Source: Camelus ferus
Lineage: Eukaryota
NCBI RefSeq assembly: GCF_009834535.1
Contig: NC_045697.1
Location: 29,700,001 to 29,764,000 of the forward strand
Reading direction: 5' to 3'
Length of the DNA stretch: 64,000 nucleotides
The position numbers and the translations under genes were made by a program. Shown in pieces: positions 36,264 through 48,533 of this stretch. Below the pieces are notes generated by a model, which saw only the letters and a program-made list of their open reading frames with translations, did not search any database and had not been told where the DNA came from. How positions within the stretch are numbered: position 1 is the stretch's first letter; every line of letters starts with the position of its first letter.

Positions 36264-39200
36264 ATGGCAATAAACACACATCTATCATTAATTACTGTAA
36301 ATGTTAATGGACTAAATGCTCCAGTCAAAAGACACAGAGTGGCAGACTGGATAATAAAGCAAGAACCTTCAATATGCTGCATACAAGAGACCCACTTTAG
36401 GGAGAAGGACACATATAGATTGAGGGTGAAAGGATGGAAAAGGATATTCCATGCAAATGGAAAAGCCAAAAAAGCAGGTGTTGCAGTACTGATTTCAGAC
36501 AAAATAGACTTTAAAACAAAGGCCATAAAGAAAGATAAAGAAGGACATTTTATAATGATTAAAGGAGTGATACAAGATGAGGATATTACACTCGTTAATA
36601 TATATGCACCCAATATAGGAGCACCGAAGTACATACAAGAATTACTAACAGAGATAAAGGGGGATATTGATGGGAATACAATCATAGTTGGAGATTTTAA
36701 CACTGCATTAACATCACTAGACAGATCTTCCAGACAGAAAATAAACAAGGCAACAGAGAAATTAAATACTACAATAGAAAAACTAGATTTGCTGGATATT
36801 TTCAGAGCATTACACCCCCCAAAAATAGGATATACATTCTTTTCAAGTGCACATGGAACATTTTCCAGGATCGATCATGTACTTGGGCACAAAAGAAACC
36901 TCAACAATTTTAAGAAGATAGAAATTATCTCAAGCATCTTTACTGACCACAATGCCATGAAACTGGAAATCAACAACAGAGAAACAAAGGAGAAAAAAAG
37001 GAAAGCATGGAGATTAAACAATATGTTATTGAAAAAACAATGGATCAATGAGGAAATCAAAGCTGAAATTAAAAAATACCTTGAGACAAATGATAATGAA
37101 AGCACAACCACTCAAAACCTATGGGACACAGCAAAGGCAGTGCTAAGAGGGAAGTTTATTGCGATACAGGCCTTCCTCAAAAAAGAAGAACAATCTCAAA
37201 TAAACAATTTAACCCACCACCTGAATGAATTAGAAAAAGAAGAACAAAAAGCCCCAAAAAGCAGCAGAAGGAAGGAAATAATAAAGATCAGAGGGGAATT
37301 AAATACAATAGAGATTAACAAGACCATAGAAAAAATCAACCAAACCAAAAGCTGGTTTTTTGAAAAAGTAAATAAAATCGACAAACCTCTGGCCAAACTC
37401 CAAAGAAGAAAAAAGAGAGAGCACAAATTAGCAAAATAAGAAAGGAAAATGGAGAAATTACAACAAACAAAATAGAAATACAGAATATCATACGAGAATA
37501 TTATGAAAAACTATATGGAACCAAACTGGATAACCTAGAGGAGATGGACAAGTTTCTGGAAACATACTGTCCACCAACACTGAATCAAGAAGAATCTGAA
37601 CACTTGAACAATCCGATCACTAGAAAGGAAATAGAAATAGCAATTAAAAACCTCCCTACAAATAAAAGTCCAGGACCGGATGGCTTCACCGGGGAATTCT
37701 ACCAAACATACAAAGAAGAACTCATACCAGTCCTTCTCAAACTCTTCCAGACGATTGAAAAGGAGGGAATACTCCCAAACTCATTCTATGAAGCCACCAT
37801 CACCCTGATACCAAAACCAGGCAAAGACACTACAAAAAAAGAAAATTATAGGCCAACATCACTGATGAACATAGACGCCAAAATCCTCACCAAAATTTTA
37901 GCAAATAGAATCCAACAACACATAAAAAAGATTATACATCATGACCAAGTGGGGTTCATCCCAGGGACACAAGGCTGGTTCAACATACGCAAATCAATCA
38001 GTGTAATACATCACATCAACAAGAGAAAGGACAAAAACCACATGATCATCTCAATCGATGCAGAAAAAGCATTTGATAAAATTCAACACCCATTTATGAT
38101 AAAAACTCTCGCCAAAGTGGGTATAGAAGGAACATATCTCAACATAATAAAAGCTATATATGACAAACCTACAGCCAGCATAGTACTCAACAGTGAAAAA
38201 CCCAAAATCTTCCCACTAAAATCTGGGACAAGACAAGGATGCCCACTATCACCACTCCAATTCAACATAGTCCTGGAAGTCCTAGCCACCGCAGTCAGGC
38301 AAGAGAAAGAAATAAAAGGGATCCAAATTGGAAAAGAAGAGGTAAAAGTGTCATTATATGCTGATGACATGTTACTATATATAGAAAACCCTAAAAGGTC
38401 CACACAAAAGCTACTAGAGCTGATTGAAGAATTCAGCAAGGTAGCAGTTTACAAAATTAACGTTCAAAAATCAGTTGCATTTCTTTACACTAACGATAAA
38501 TCAACAGAAGAAGAAAGTAAAGAAACAATCCCCTTTAAAATAGCACCCAAAGTAATAAAATATCTGGGAATAAATCTAACCAAGGAGGTGAAAGAATTAT
38601 ACACAGAAAGCTATAAACCATTGATGAAGGAAATTAAAGAAGACTTTAAAAAATGGAAAGATATTCCATGCTCTTGGATTGGAAGAATCAATATTGTTAA
38701 AATGGTCACACTGCCCAAGGCAATCTACAGATTTAATGCAATCCCTGTCCAATTACCCAGGACATATTTCACAGAACTAGAAAAAATCATAATAAAATTC
38801 ATATGGAACCATCAAAGACCTAGAATTGCCAAAGCATTAATGAAGAGAAAGAAAGAGGCTGGAGGAATAACTCTCCCAGACTTCAGACAATACTATAGAG
38901 CTACAGTCATCAAGACAGCATGGTATTGGTACCAAAACAGACATATAGACCAATGGAACAGAATAGAGAGCCCAGAAATGAACCCACAAACTTTTGGTCA
39001 ACTCATCTTTGACAAAGGAGGCAAGAATAGACATTGGAATAAAGACAGTCTCTTCAGCAAATGGTGTTGGGAAAACTGGACAGCAGCATGTAAAACAATG
39101 AAGCTAGAACACTCCCTTACACCATATACAAAAATCAACTCAAAATGGATTAAAGACTTAAACATAAGACAAGATACAATAAACCTACTAGAGGAAAACA

Positions 39201-40060
39201 TAGGCAAAACACTATCTGACATACATTTAAAAAATTTTCTCCTAGAAGAAATAAAAGCAAGAATAAACAAATGGGACCTAATGAAACTTACAAGCTTCTG
39301 CACAGCAAAGGAAACCAGAAAAAAAACAAGAAGAAAACCTACGGAATGGGAGAAAATTTTTGCAAGTGAAACCGACAAAGGCTTGATCTCCAGAATATAT
39401 AAGCAGCTCATACGACTTAATAAGAAAAAATAAACAACCCAATCCAAAAATGGGCAGAAGATCTAAACAAGCAATTCTCCAAGGAAGACATACAAATGAT
39501 CAAAAAGCACATGAAAAAAATGCTCAATATCACTAATTATCAGAGAAATGCAAATCAAAACTACAATGAGGTATCACCTCACACCAGTCAGAATGGCCGT
39601 CATTCAAAAATCCACAAATGACAAATGCTGGAGAGGCTGTGGAGAAAGGGGAACCCTCCTACACTGCTGGTGGGAATGCAGTTTGGTGCAGCCACTATGG
39701 AAAACAGTGTGGAGATTCCTCAAAAGACTAGGAATAGACTTACCGTATGACCCAGGAATCCCACTCCTGGGCTTGTATCCAGAAGGAAATCTACTTCAGG
39801 ATGACACCTGCACCCCAATGTTCATAGCAGCACTATTCACAATAGCCAAGACATGGAAACAGCCTAAATGTCCATCAACAGGTGACTGGATAAAGAAGAT
39901 GTGGTATATTTATACAATGGAATACTACTCAGCCATAAAAACCGACAACATAATGCCATTTGCAGCAACATGGATGCTCCTGGAGAATGTCATTCTAAGT
40001 GAAGTAAGCCAGAAAGAGAAAGAAAAATACCATATGAGATCGCTCATATGTGGAATCTAA
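36264..40060 (+). pseudogene. L1 ORF2p (APE endonuclease, reverse transcriptase, Cys-rich domain) with three 1-nt indels
   Basis: EN motifs NVNGL, QETH, GDFN, SRID, TDH; RT motifs [10 protein letters not shown] and YADD (38357-38368); C-terminal CWRGCGE..HCWWEC. Lesions: -1 near 37400, -1 near 39430, +1 near 39520; the repaired length is about 1265 aa. Confidence 0.95.
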
Positions 40061-40779
40061 AAATCAAAAACAAAAACAAACAAACAAACAAAAACAAAGC
40101 GTAAATAAAGGACAGAAATAGACTCACAGACAGAGAATACAGACTTGTGGTTACCAGGGGGGTGGAGGGTGGGAAGGGATAGACTGGGATTTCAAAATTG
40201 TAAAATAGACTACACTGTATAGCACAGGGAAATATACACAAAATGTTATGATAACTCACAGAGAAAAAAATGTGACAATGAGTGTATATATGTCCATGAA
40301 TAACTGAAAAATTGTGCTGAACACTGGAATTTGACACAACATTGTAAAATGATTATAAATCAATAAAAAATGTTAAAAAAAAAAAAAAAGAATTGTGACA
40401 TCTACGAAACCTTAGTGCAGAAAATGTTTTGTTGGACTCCATTACTAGTTTATAAGGTATTTTCCAAAGGTACCTACAGCTAGCATTTAGCTGTTCATAA
40501 ACTGGCCTGTTGCATCCCTGGAACTGAAGCCATCCTTGTTCCTGAAAGAGAGCTCGTTAGCATTTAAGACTCTCCTGCCCTGTGTCGGTTGACCTGGAAC
40601 ATAAACCACCCAAAGACAGCAGAGCTTACAGTGAGTGAAGAAAACCAACACTAAGTATTAAATACGTTAGAGTGGTAAAGTTTCTTTTGGATTATGGTCA
40701 TCAGAAAACAAACACATTGGCTCCTGTTTTCACCGTTTAAAAAACAACAAAGTGGAAAACAAATACGCATGACAAAGAT

Positions 40780-41008
40780 CAGAGAGCTGCAGCCACAAGC
40801 CCAGGACGCCAGGAATTGCTGCCCGTCTACACAAATGAGGAGAGGAGCACAGAACAGACTCTCCCTCAGAGCCCTCAGAATGAACCAACTCTGCTGGCAC
40901 CTTGATTTTGGATTCCCACCTTCCAGAACTGTGAGGGAATAAATTCCTGTTGTTTGGAGCCATCCAGTTTGTGGTGTCTCATTACGGCAGCCCTAGGAAA
41001 CCAATACA
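40780..41008 (+). mobile_element. MaLR LTR 3' half (MLT1-like)
   Basis: ctccctcagagcc..caccttgattttgga..ccagaactgtgag..aataaattcctgttg..gcagccctaggaaaccaataca. Confidence 0.8.
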
Positions 41009-41415
41009 CCCGTCCACTCCAAATAAAGACATTTATAGATAAATAAACATCTACTGAAAAATTTCTGCTAAGATAAACTAATATCTCTACACTTTAGAGA
41101 TTGTCAAAGGTATCAAGGACAAAATAAAGTCTAAAAAGTTCTTGCGAAATGTTACCGTCCTTTTCTGTGGAATTGTCATTGACGACAAACTAAAAAGAAA
41201 AACAAAATCTCCCTAGGTTCAGAGTTACTTTACCTCCATTTTATTTCAGTATTAATTTAGCAACAATGTGTAGAACGAACAGCAAATCTGATAAATGGAT
41301 CCCCCAAATGTCATTTGCAGTAACAAGAGAGGCACAATAAATGTCTCACATTTTAGAGGACAATTTCCCTCAGGTATTAGCCTCACGCAGTCTTCTATAT
41401 CTACAGTACAACTGA

Positions 41416-41625
41416 AGCTGCTGCCAGGGGCTGGGGGGAGGGGGAAATAAGGAGTTATATTTTCAGTTTCAGTTTTGCAAGATGAAAAGAGTTCTAGAGA
41501 TCGAGAGTGGTGATGGGTGCACACAATGTGAATGTACTTAATGCCACGGAACTATGCAATTTAAAATGGGTAAGAAGGAAAATTTCATATTATATGTATT
41601 TTGCCACAATTAAAAAAAAATTTAA
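41416..41625 (+). mobile_element. L1MB-type 3' end
   Basis: tgccaggggctggggg..tttcagttttgcaagatgaaaagagttctagagat..aatgtacttaatgccac..tgccacaattaaaaaa. Confidence 0.75.
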
Positions 41626-41638
41626 GTAAGTACACTGA

Positions 41639-41641
41639 AAA

Positions 41642-41680
<39 letters not shown>

Positions 41681-41681
41681 A
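41639..41681. repeat. (AAAT)n microsatellite, about 10 units
   Basis: Read directly; adjacent to the L1MB tail. Confidence 0.93.
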
Positions 41682-41814
41682 GCAAGCTTTTTTTACCTGC
41701 ATTTGAGAACATAGACACATACCTCATACAGTAATCTATATTTACAAAATAATCTCCACTTCTTCATTAGTGTCGGGGAGTAGAAAGAATCTTATTAAAG
41801 ATGACTACACACCA

Positions 41815-42283
41815 TATTAGTCAGGGTACTTTGAGTTATAGGGCCAGAGCAGACTGGGGCAAAAGAAAGACTGCACTGACACGTATAGCTAGAGAGTCCA
41901 GGTGTAGGCTGGTGGTGACTGGGACCAGTGGATTCAGAGGATATTATCACCTCCAGCTATATATCCTGCCTCCCTATTTCTGTCTGGGTTGAATCACTCT
42001 TCCGTAAGGCCTTTCTCCATCGTGGCCTCCAGCAGCTCCAGACTGCACTCTCCTGGCCAGTAATTCCACCAGCTCTGGCCAAAGTCCTGGAATTGAGAAC
42101 CTAGACTGAGACTCCTGCTCATATTAAAGCCAGAAACATTAGGGGAGTGAGGGAGTCCAGCCACACCAAAGCAAACGGCTGAGAACTAGTGAGGGTGCCC
42201 TTCCCCTCCCCCTAAAAAGGCTGTGTTGTTAATAAAAGGGGAATGAATGCTGAGTAGGCAGAAACAACAGATGTCCCACTACA
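41815..42283 (-). mobile_element. Old MaLR LTR (MLT1J/K-like)
   Basis: tggcctccagcagctccagact and terminal gcagaaacaacagatgtcccactaca. Confidence 0.5.
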
Positions 42284-42849
42284 TGAACCAGTTGAATGTC
42301 CTTTAAAAGTAATGTCAGATAATTACATTTGTTAAACACACAGAAAAAGCCTCTATAACCTCAAGCTACTAAATGTCTCCCTAGCTGGTTATAATTATCT
42401 CCAGACATGTCCAATTCTTTTAGACTGGAGAAAACACAGAAATTAGGGAAAATTAGCCGAAAAGGTAAAAAAAAGAAAAGAAAATCCAAGTAGGTAAGTT
42501 GTTTTACCAGATTCTGTACACAAAGTAGCTAAGAAGCTCTGTGATGAGCACAGGAGCTTTCATTCCCTAATCCTCACAACCGCTTCAACAAGGGAAAGAG
42601 CTCTCCTAAAAGCCTGCCTGGGAAGGTGTCTGTGTCAGGCTGGTCCTCCGTCCTCCCTTTCACGGTCACTCTTCATCTTCTTTACAGAAGAAAGGCACGT
42701 CTCTGTCCCACCTGGCTCTTAACTCTGGTGTGGTGCCTCATGTGTAAAACTAAGCAAAGGTGCAGTTCAACATGCTGCCAGCAGTGCTGCGGTAGCTATA
42801 GACCACAAAGGCTGTGTTGCTGTACAAGTCCTGTGATTCTGATTTTTTG

Positions 42850-45328
42850 CCATTAACAAAATTGAAGGTAGAAGGAATGAAGTCATCGGCTAATAGATGA
42901 CTGAACATAATTTTTAGATGATTTTGGCATATAACCTAGATGAAGTGCAAAAGATGTAGTGGTATTGATACAACAAAATTCCTTCCACTTCCATCTGTCC
43001 TTTTTATGTGAACAAGGTTTCTCTGAGCTATGTCTGTAACAGTGAAAAACAGGAATGAAATTGATGTTAAGCCCTGTCTCAATAGTAGAAGATTTATATT
43101 TAATATGATTAAGCCTCCTAGAAATAGTAGTACCTTTATTCATCTGCAAAAACATAAACTAATTTTTTAAAAATATAGCCTCATTCATCCCATTGAGATA
43201 TGCATCAAACTTTTTTTTTACTTTTTATGTTTAATAATTATCCATAAAATTTGTAACATTTATGATACTTTGATTAATAATCTGCTGGTAACAATAGTAA
43301 CTCAAACTAGAAGATATTCTAAAATATTTAAAGACTTAGACAGTAATCAAAACAGTGTGGTATTGGCACAAAAACAGACATATGGATCAATGGAACAGAA
43401 CAGAGAGGCCAGAAATAAACCCATATACCTACGGTCAATTAATCCTTGACAAAGGACGCAAGAATACACAATGGAGAAAAGAGTCTCTTCAGCAAGTGGT
43501 GTTGGGAAATCTGGACAGCAGCATGTAAATCAATGACGTTAGACTACTTCCTCACACCGTACACTAAAATAAACTCAAAATGGCTTAAAGACTTAAACAT
43601 AAGATAGGACTCCATAAATCTAGAAGAGAACATAGGCAAAATATTCTCTAACATAAATTGCAGCAATGTTTTCCTAGGTCAGTCCACCAAAGCAGTAGAA
43701 ATAAAAGCAAAAATTAACAAATGGGACCTAATTAAACTTATAAGCTTTTGCACAGCAAAGGAAACCATTAGCAAAACAGAAAGACAGCCCATGGCATAGG
43801 AGAAAATATGTGCAAATGATGTGACTGACAAGGGCTTAATTTCCAGAATATACAAACAGCTCATACAACTCTATAACAACAACAAAAAACAAACAAACAA
43901 CCCAATCAAAAAATGGACAGAAGACCTAAATAGATATTTTTCCAATGAAGACATACAGATAGCCAATAGGCACATGAAAAAGATGCTCGATATTGCTATT
44001 AGAGAAATGCAAATCAAAACTACAAGGACGTATTACCTCACACCAGTTAGAATGGCCAATATTATAAAGTCTACAAATGATAAAAGTTGGAGAGGATGTG
44101 GAGAAAAGGGAGTCCTCCTACACTGTTGGTGGGAATGTTATTTAATGCAGCTGTTATGGAAAACTGTATGGAAATTCCTTAAAAAACTAAAAATAGATTT
44201 ACCATATGATCCAGCAATCCCACTCCTGGGCATATATCCAGAGAAAACTCTAATTCAAAAAGATACATGCACTCCAATGTTCACAGCAGCACTATTTACA
44301 ATAGCCAAGACATGGAAGCAACCTAAATATCCATCAACAGATGGTTGAATAAAAAAGTTGTTTTATATATATATATGTAGTGTGTGTATATATATATATA
44401 TGTAGTATATATATATGTAGTATATATATATATGTTACTCAGCCATAAAAGAGAATGAAGTAATGCCATTTGCAGCAACATGGATGGACCTAGAGATTAT
44501 CATACTAAGTGAACTAAGTCAGACAGAGAAAGACAAATACCACATGATGTCATTTATATGTGGAATATAAAAATATGATACAAATGAATTTATTTACAAA
44601 ACAGAAATAGACTCATAGACTTACAGACATAGAACACAAACTTATGGTTACCAAAAAGGAAAGGAGGGAGAAGGATAAATTAGGAGTTTGGGATTAGCAG
44701 CTACAAACTACTATATATAAAACAGATAAACAACAAGGTCCTACTGTATAGCACAGAGAACTATATTCAGCATCTTGTAATAGCCTAAAATGAAAAAGAA
44801 TATAAAAAAGAATATATATGAATAACTGAATCATTATGCTGTATACCAGAAATTAACACAACATTGTACATCAACTATACTTCAATAAAAAAATATTTAA
44901 AGACTTAAGGTATAAGAAATAAAAATAAAATTTAATTTCTATATTCAGAGACTTATGCTAGAAATGATAAATAAGTACTGTTAGGCACAAAAATATGTTA
45001 CATTAGGATAAAATTTTCCAGGATAAATGGAATGGAAATAAGAGATAAAGAGCAAAAAAGGACAATGTAAAACTTCTGACTATTAATGAACAGCTGGCTT
45101 AAGTATTTCAAAAATACATGATAGTGAGTATCAGATTGCTGTGGCATTTAATTCTGTTGGAAATATTTAAAAGAATAACACTCTATCAATATATCTAATG
45201 CACCAGAAATTATATTCTTTACATTGATTTAAATGTGAGACAAAATTTTTTACATGTCAATTTAAAAATGCAGAAGGGGGTTACATTGTTTATGGTCCAC
45301 ACTAGCCAAAAATGCTGGAAGAACACTG
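42850..45328 (+). mobile_element. hAT-Charlie1-like DNA transposon fossil, split by the L1 at 43339-44889
   Basis: ttccacttccatctgtcctttttatgtgaacaaggtttctc encodes decayed PLPS..LCEQGFS (hAT dimerisation motif) at about 42980-43025; AT-rich continuation after the L1 ends in gaagaacactg, like Charlie termini. Confidence 0.7.
43339..44889 (+). mobile_element. 5'-truncated older LINE-1 (ORF2 C-terminus + 3'UTR)
   Basis: Exact 18-bp TSD AAAATATTTAAAGACTTA at 43321-43338 and 44890-44907; ORF 43821..44348 is L1 ORF2 C-terminal sequence; ends caactatacttcaataaaa. Confidence 0.93.
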
Positions 45329-46699
45329 ATCTAAAAGAAGAGACAAGATAGATACCCAAAAAGGAAGTAACACAGAGAAGGAGATACCACTGCTTAGGAA
45401 ACCATCACACAAGCAGTGGTTTGAGAGAAGGTACAGGAGGAGGTAAGATTCCCAGGGCCGAGGCAGGCTGGCTGCCAAAACTGGATCAGAGCTTTAGCTT
45501 TTAGTCTCAGAGACTTAGTTTGGTCAGAATACTTTACAGTTAATACTTTGTATTCACCACGCTCACAGATTACTTAATTTATAGTAAGATCTGCAACTAT
45601 CACATCCAGTATGGTGTGGTAGATTCCAAATTACAACCAGAAGGTCATTTCCTAGGTCCAGTGGAATCAGAAGAAGGGGTGAGAAGGGTGTGAAGTGAGC
45701 ACTTAACCACCTGAGGTTCCGACAGCTTCTGTGTGTATCTGATGGCAGAGTAGGACCCCTGCGCAATGGAGAACTCCTGCACACTGGTGGACTCCAGTGT
45801 AGGGGTTGGGTTGTATGCATGCGCAGGGCTAGGAGCGCTCACTCTTGGGGCTTCTGGGTTTATGCTAGGCTAAGCTTTCTCAGATTGATTATTTTTGAAT
45901 ACAAGGTGCATATCAATTATAGTCAAATTTCAGTCCTACCTCCTTCATTTGACCTGTTGGCCACCTAAACTGAAGTTTTGGGCAAACCCATTCCTCATTC
46001 ACACATTTACAGACAACATCTTGGCCTTTCTCCAAACATGAGTTGAATTACATCCATTATGTGTGGATTTTTTCTTGTTTAAATACCAGGTAAAATTTTA
46101 TTTTGAAATCTTTGTGGAAATAGGGATGGCAGAGATCTCACTCCCAAGTAACATCTATAAAACATGGAATAAATGCAAGTATAAAATTAACATGTGAGAT
46201 GAAGAAAATCGAGCAGATTAATTATGCAAATAAGGGCTGGTTAAGATCACTTACACTGCCCTGCACTAATCGCAGCCACTTTGAAGACAACTGGTTAAGA
46301 AGGAAGCTTCATTAATTTAGCACAGATTTATCGAGCTCCACCTCATGCATTGAAGCATGCCAAGATGCAGGGATAGGAAGAGAAGTAAGGCAGACCTTGC
46401 CACTTAGCCCTCACACATAAGCAGGTAATTCTCACACAGCGTAATAAATACATGATCAAGGAATAAAAGAGGGTTATAGGAGCACCATGGAAGGGAATGA
46501 GGGACGGGCTTCACAGAGGAGATATTTTATCTCTGTCTCGAAGGAAGAGTAGAAACTTACTAGGAGGAGACAAGGAATAGCTATCCAATACTGAGAATAT
46601 ATTTGGTATCTGGAAACCTGCAGGGGAATTCACTGCATCTTTAAAGAATGATGAAAGTTCAGTGTTCCCGGAACTTAGGGTTTGGTTAGGGGAGGGTGA

Positions 46700-48025
46700 A
46701 GAAAATTACCAATCTGCAGTGGGGGAGTATGATTGACCAGGATACCACTTATTAGTAGAAGAAATCAAGGATAGGAGACCATGAAACTAAAAGAAGTTAC
46801 AATTCCCAATAAGAAGTTATCATTCCTTGCTGTGTTTTAGGACCTGGACTCATTGATTGAGTCACCAAGAATAAGGATCCTGCAGCATAGTGGTGAGTAT
46901 GCATGGTAATGATACCCTGAGTCTCTCTCAAAGGGGACCTGTGGATATTTACTCACATAAATGTACACTGGGGAAAAGATAATATCCAGGCATTTCAAGG
47001 ACTATTGGATACAGGGTCTGAATTGACTTGCTACCTCATCACAGCCTCTGTGAGAGTAGTAAAAGGAGATCTGGCCACAGCCTGACTTACAGTGGGTCCA
47101 CTAGGTTTGCAAACCTACCCAGTGACCATTTCTCTGATTCTCAAATGTAAAACAGGAACTTACATATTTGGCTGTTAGTGCAACTCCCTCACTGGGTCCT
47201 TGGCCTGTGGACTAAGAGCACTGAAACCATCATTCCTTGGCCAAGATAGTAAATCAAAAAAATATCATATCCTGGGAGTGGTGGGTAGTGGAGATTAGTA
47301 CTACCCCTCAGGATCCAAAGATTGCAGACGTGGTGGTCCCCATCATATCTCCAATTCACTGCTCCAGCCCCTGCACAAAGTAGATGAATCCTGGAAGATG
47401 AACCCTGGAAGATGACTGTAGCCCACAAGTAGTAGCTTTACCATGGCTGCCTGTCAGATGTGGAATCTTTGCCGGAACAAATCAAAATGGTGTGCAGTAA
47501 TTGATTCGACAAATGTGTATTTTTTCTATTCCATTTCAAAAAGAAGGGCAGAAACAGTTTGCATTCACATACCATTTGGCAACAATACACACTTATGGTT
47601 CATCCCTAGGGCTATCTTTCTCATCTTCCATCATAATATAGCATAAAGAGGTCTAGACTTTCTGGACATCCCAGAGGATATCACACTGGCCCATTACAGT
47701 GACAATATTATGCTAATCAGGTCAGATGAGCATGAGGTGTTAGCACACTGAAAGATCTGGCGAGCCCTTGACATGGCGCCATTCCCCATGGAGACCAACC
47801 AGTCCCATGGTGGCATGTTGACTTCCCTGGACCTCTTCCACCCTGAGAGGGCCAGCAGTTCATCTTCATAGAAACAGACATGTCCATTACTGGTATGGTT
47901 TTGCCTTTCTTGCCTGCAGGGCTTCATCAAGCACCACTATCTGAGGACTTATGGATTGTTTGATTCCTCCTGGCATGGGAACGCAGAAACCCACTTTACA
48001 GCAAATGAGATGTGGGAGTGAGGTC
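46700..48025 (+). mobile_element. Degraded ERV-L internal region (ERV3-16A3-like): protease, RT and integrase remnants
   Basis: LLDTGSELT protease motif at 47002-47028; RT remnants (SW-K-MTV, QKQFAFT, decayed HYIDDIML near 47690); integrase-like DQP..WW.VD..GPLP near 47790 and THFTA near 47990. Confidence 0.8.
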
Positions 48026-48043
48026 AAGACTGACGGATCCAGT

Positions 48044-48172
48044 GGGGAGGTATAGTTCAGTGGCAGAACGCATGCTTAGTATGCACAAGGTCCTGGGTTC
48101 AATCCCCAATATCTCCATGAAAAATAAATAAATAAACCCAATAACCACCCCCACCCCCGCACAAACACACAA
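48044..48172 (+). mobile_element. tRNA-derived SINE (camelid Vic-1-like) inserted in ERV-L fossil
   Basis: Same head sequence as the 4570 copy; TSD aagactga(c/g)ggatcca at 48026-48041 and 48173-48188. Confidence 0.88.
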
Positions 48173-48219
48173 AAGACTGAGGGATCCACTGATTGTGTCC
48201 CCAACCACATACCTGGAAG

Positions 48220-48533
48220 CTGCCAGCCTGATGGAGCACACACAGCCCACAAAGACAGCACAGTCAACAACTGACTCTGGGTATAAAGGCTGCTACCTTG
48301 TCCCGAATGAAGACCAGTTCTGCAAGGTGGCTCCTACGCCAGAGCTCTTCCCCTGTGGATCAGGCCAACTCAGACTTTACCCGAGAACACATCCATGCCA
48401 GGTTCTTCCCCTTTCTTTATTTTTTGCTTCCTTCCTTCCTTTAAAGGCTTTTCCTGAAGAAAAGTTTTTCCATCAATAAATCATGATGCACTAAATTCCT
48501 TTTTCTGACTCTGTTTCTTTAGAAACTAAGACA
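48220..48533 (+). mobile_element. ERV-L LTR (LTR16-like)
   Basis: Resembles recalled LTR16 consensus (ccagagctc..gtggatcaggc..; caataaatca; ends ctaagaca); lies directly 3' of the ERV-L internal remnant. Confidence 0.65.

Larger units (their letters stand above)
33257..40387 (+). mobile_element. Full-length young LINE-1 (7.1 kb)
   Basis: Perfect 16-bp TSD AAGAATTGTGACATCT at 33241-33256 and 40388-40403; TT/AAGA endonuclease-type site; 5' start gggagAAGATGGCGG (YY1 motif); CpG-rich 1.7-kb 5'UTR, ORF1, 404-nt spacer, ORF2, 3'UTR, AATAAA at 40362 and poly(A). Confidence 0.98.

Noticed and set aside
36140..39447. Hydrophobic minus-strand ORFs (202, 118 and 149 aa)
   Set aside because: Standard antisense shadows of L1 ORF2.
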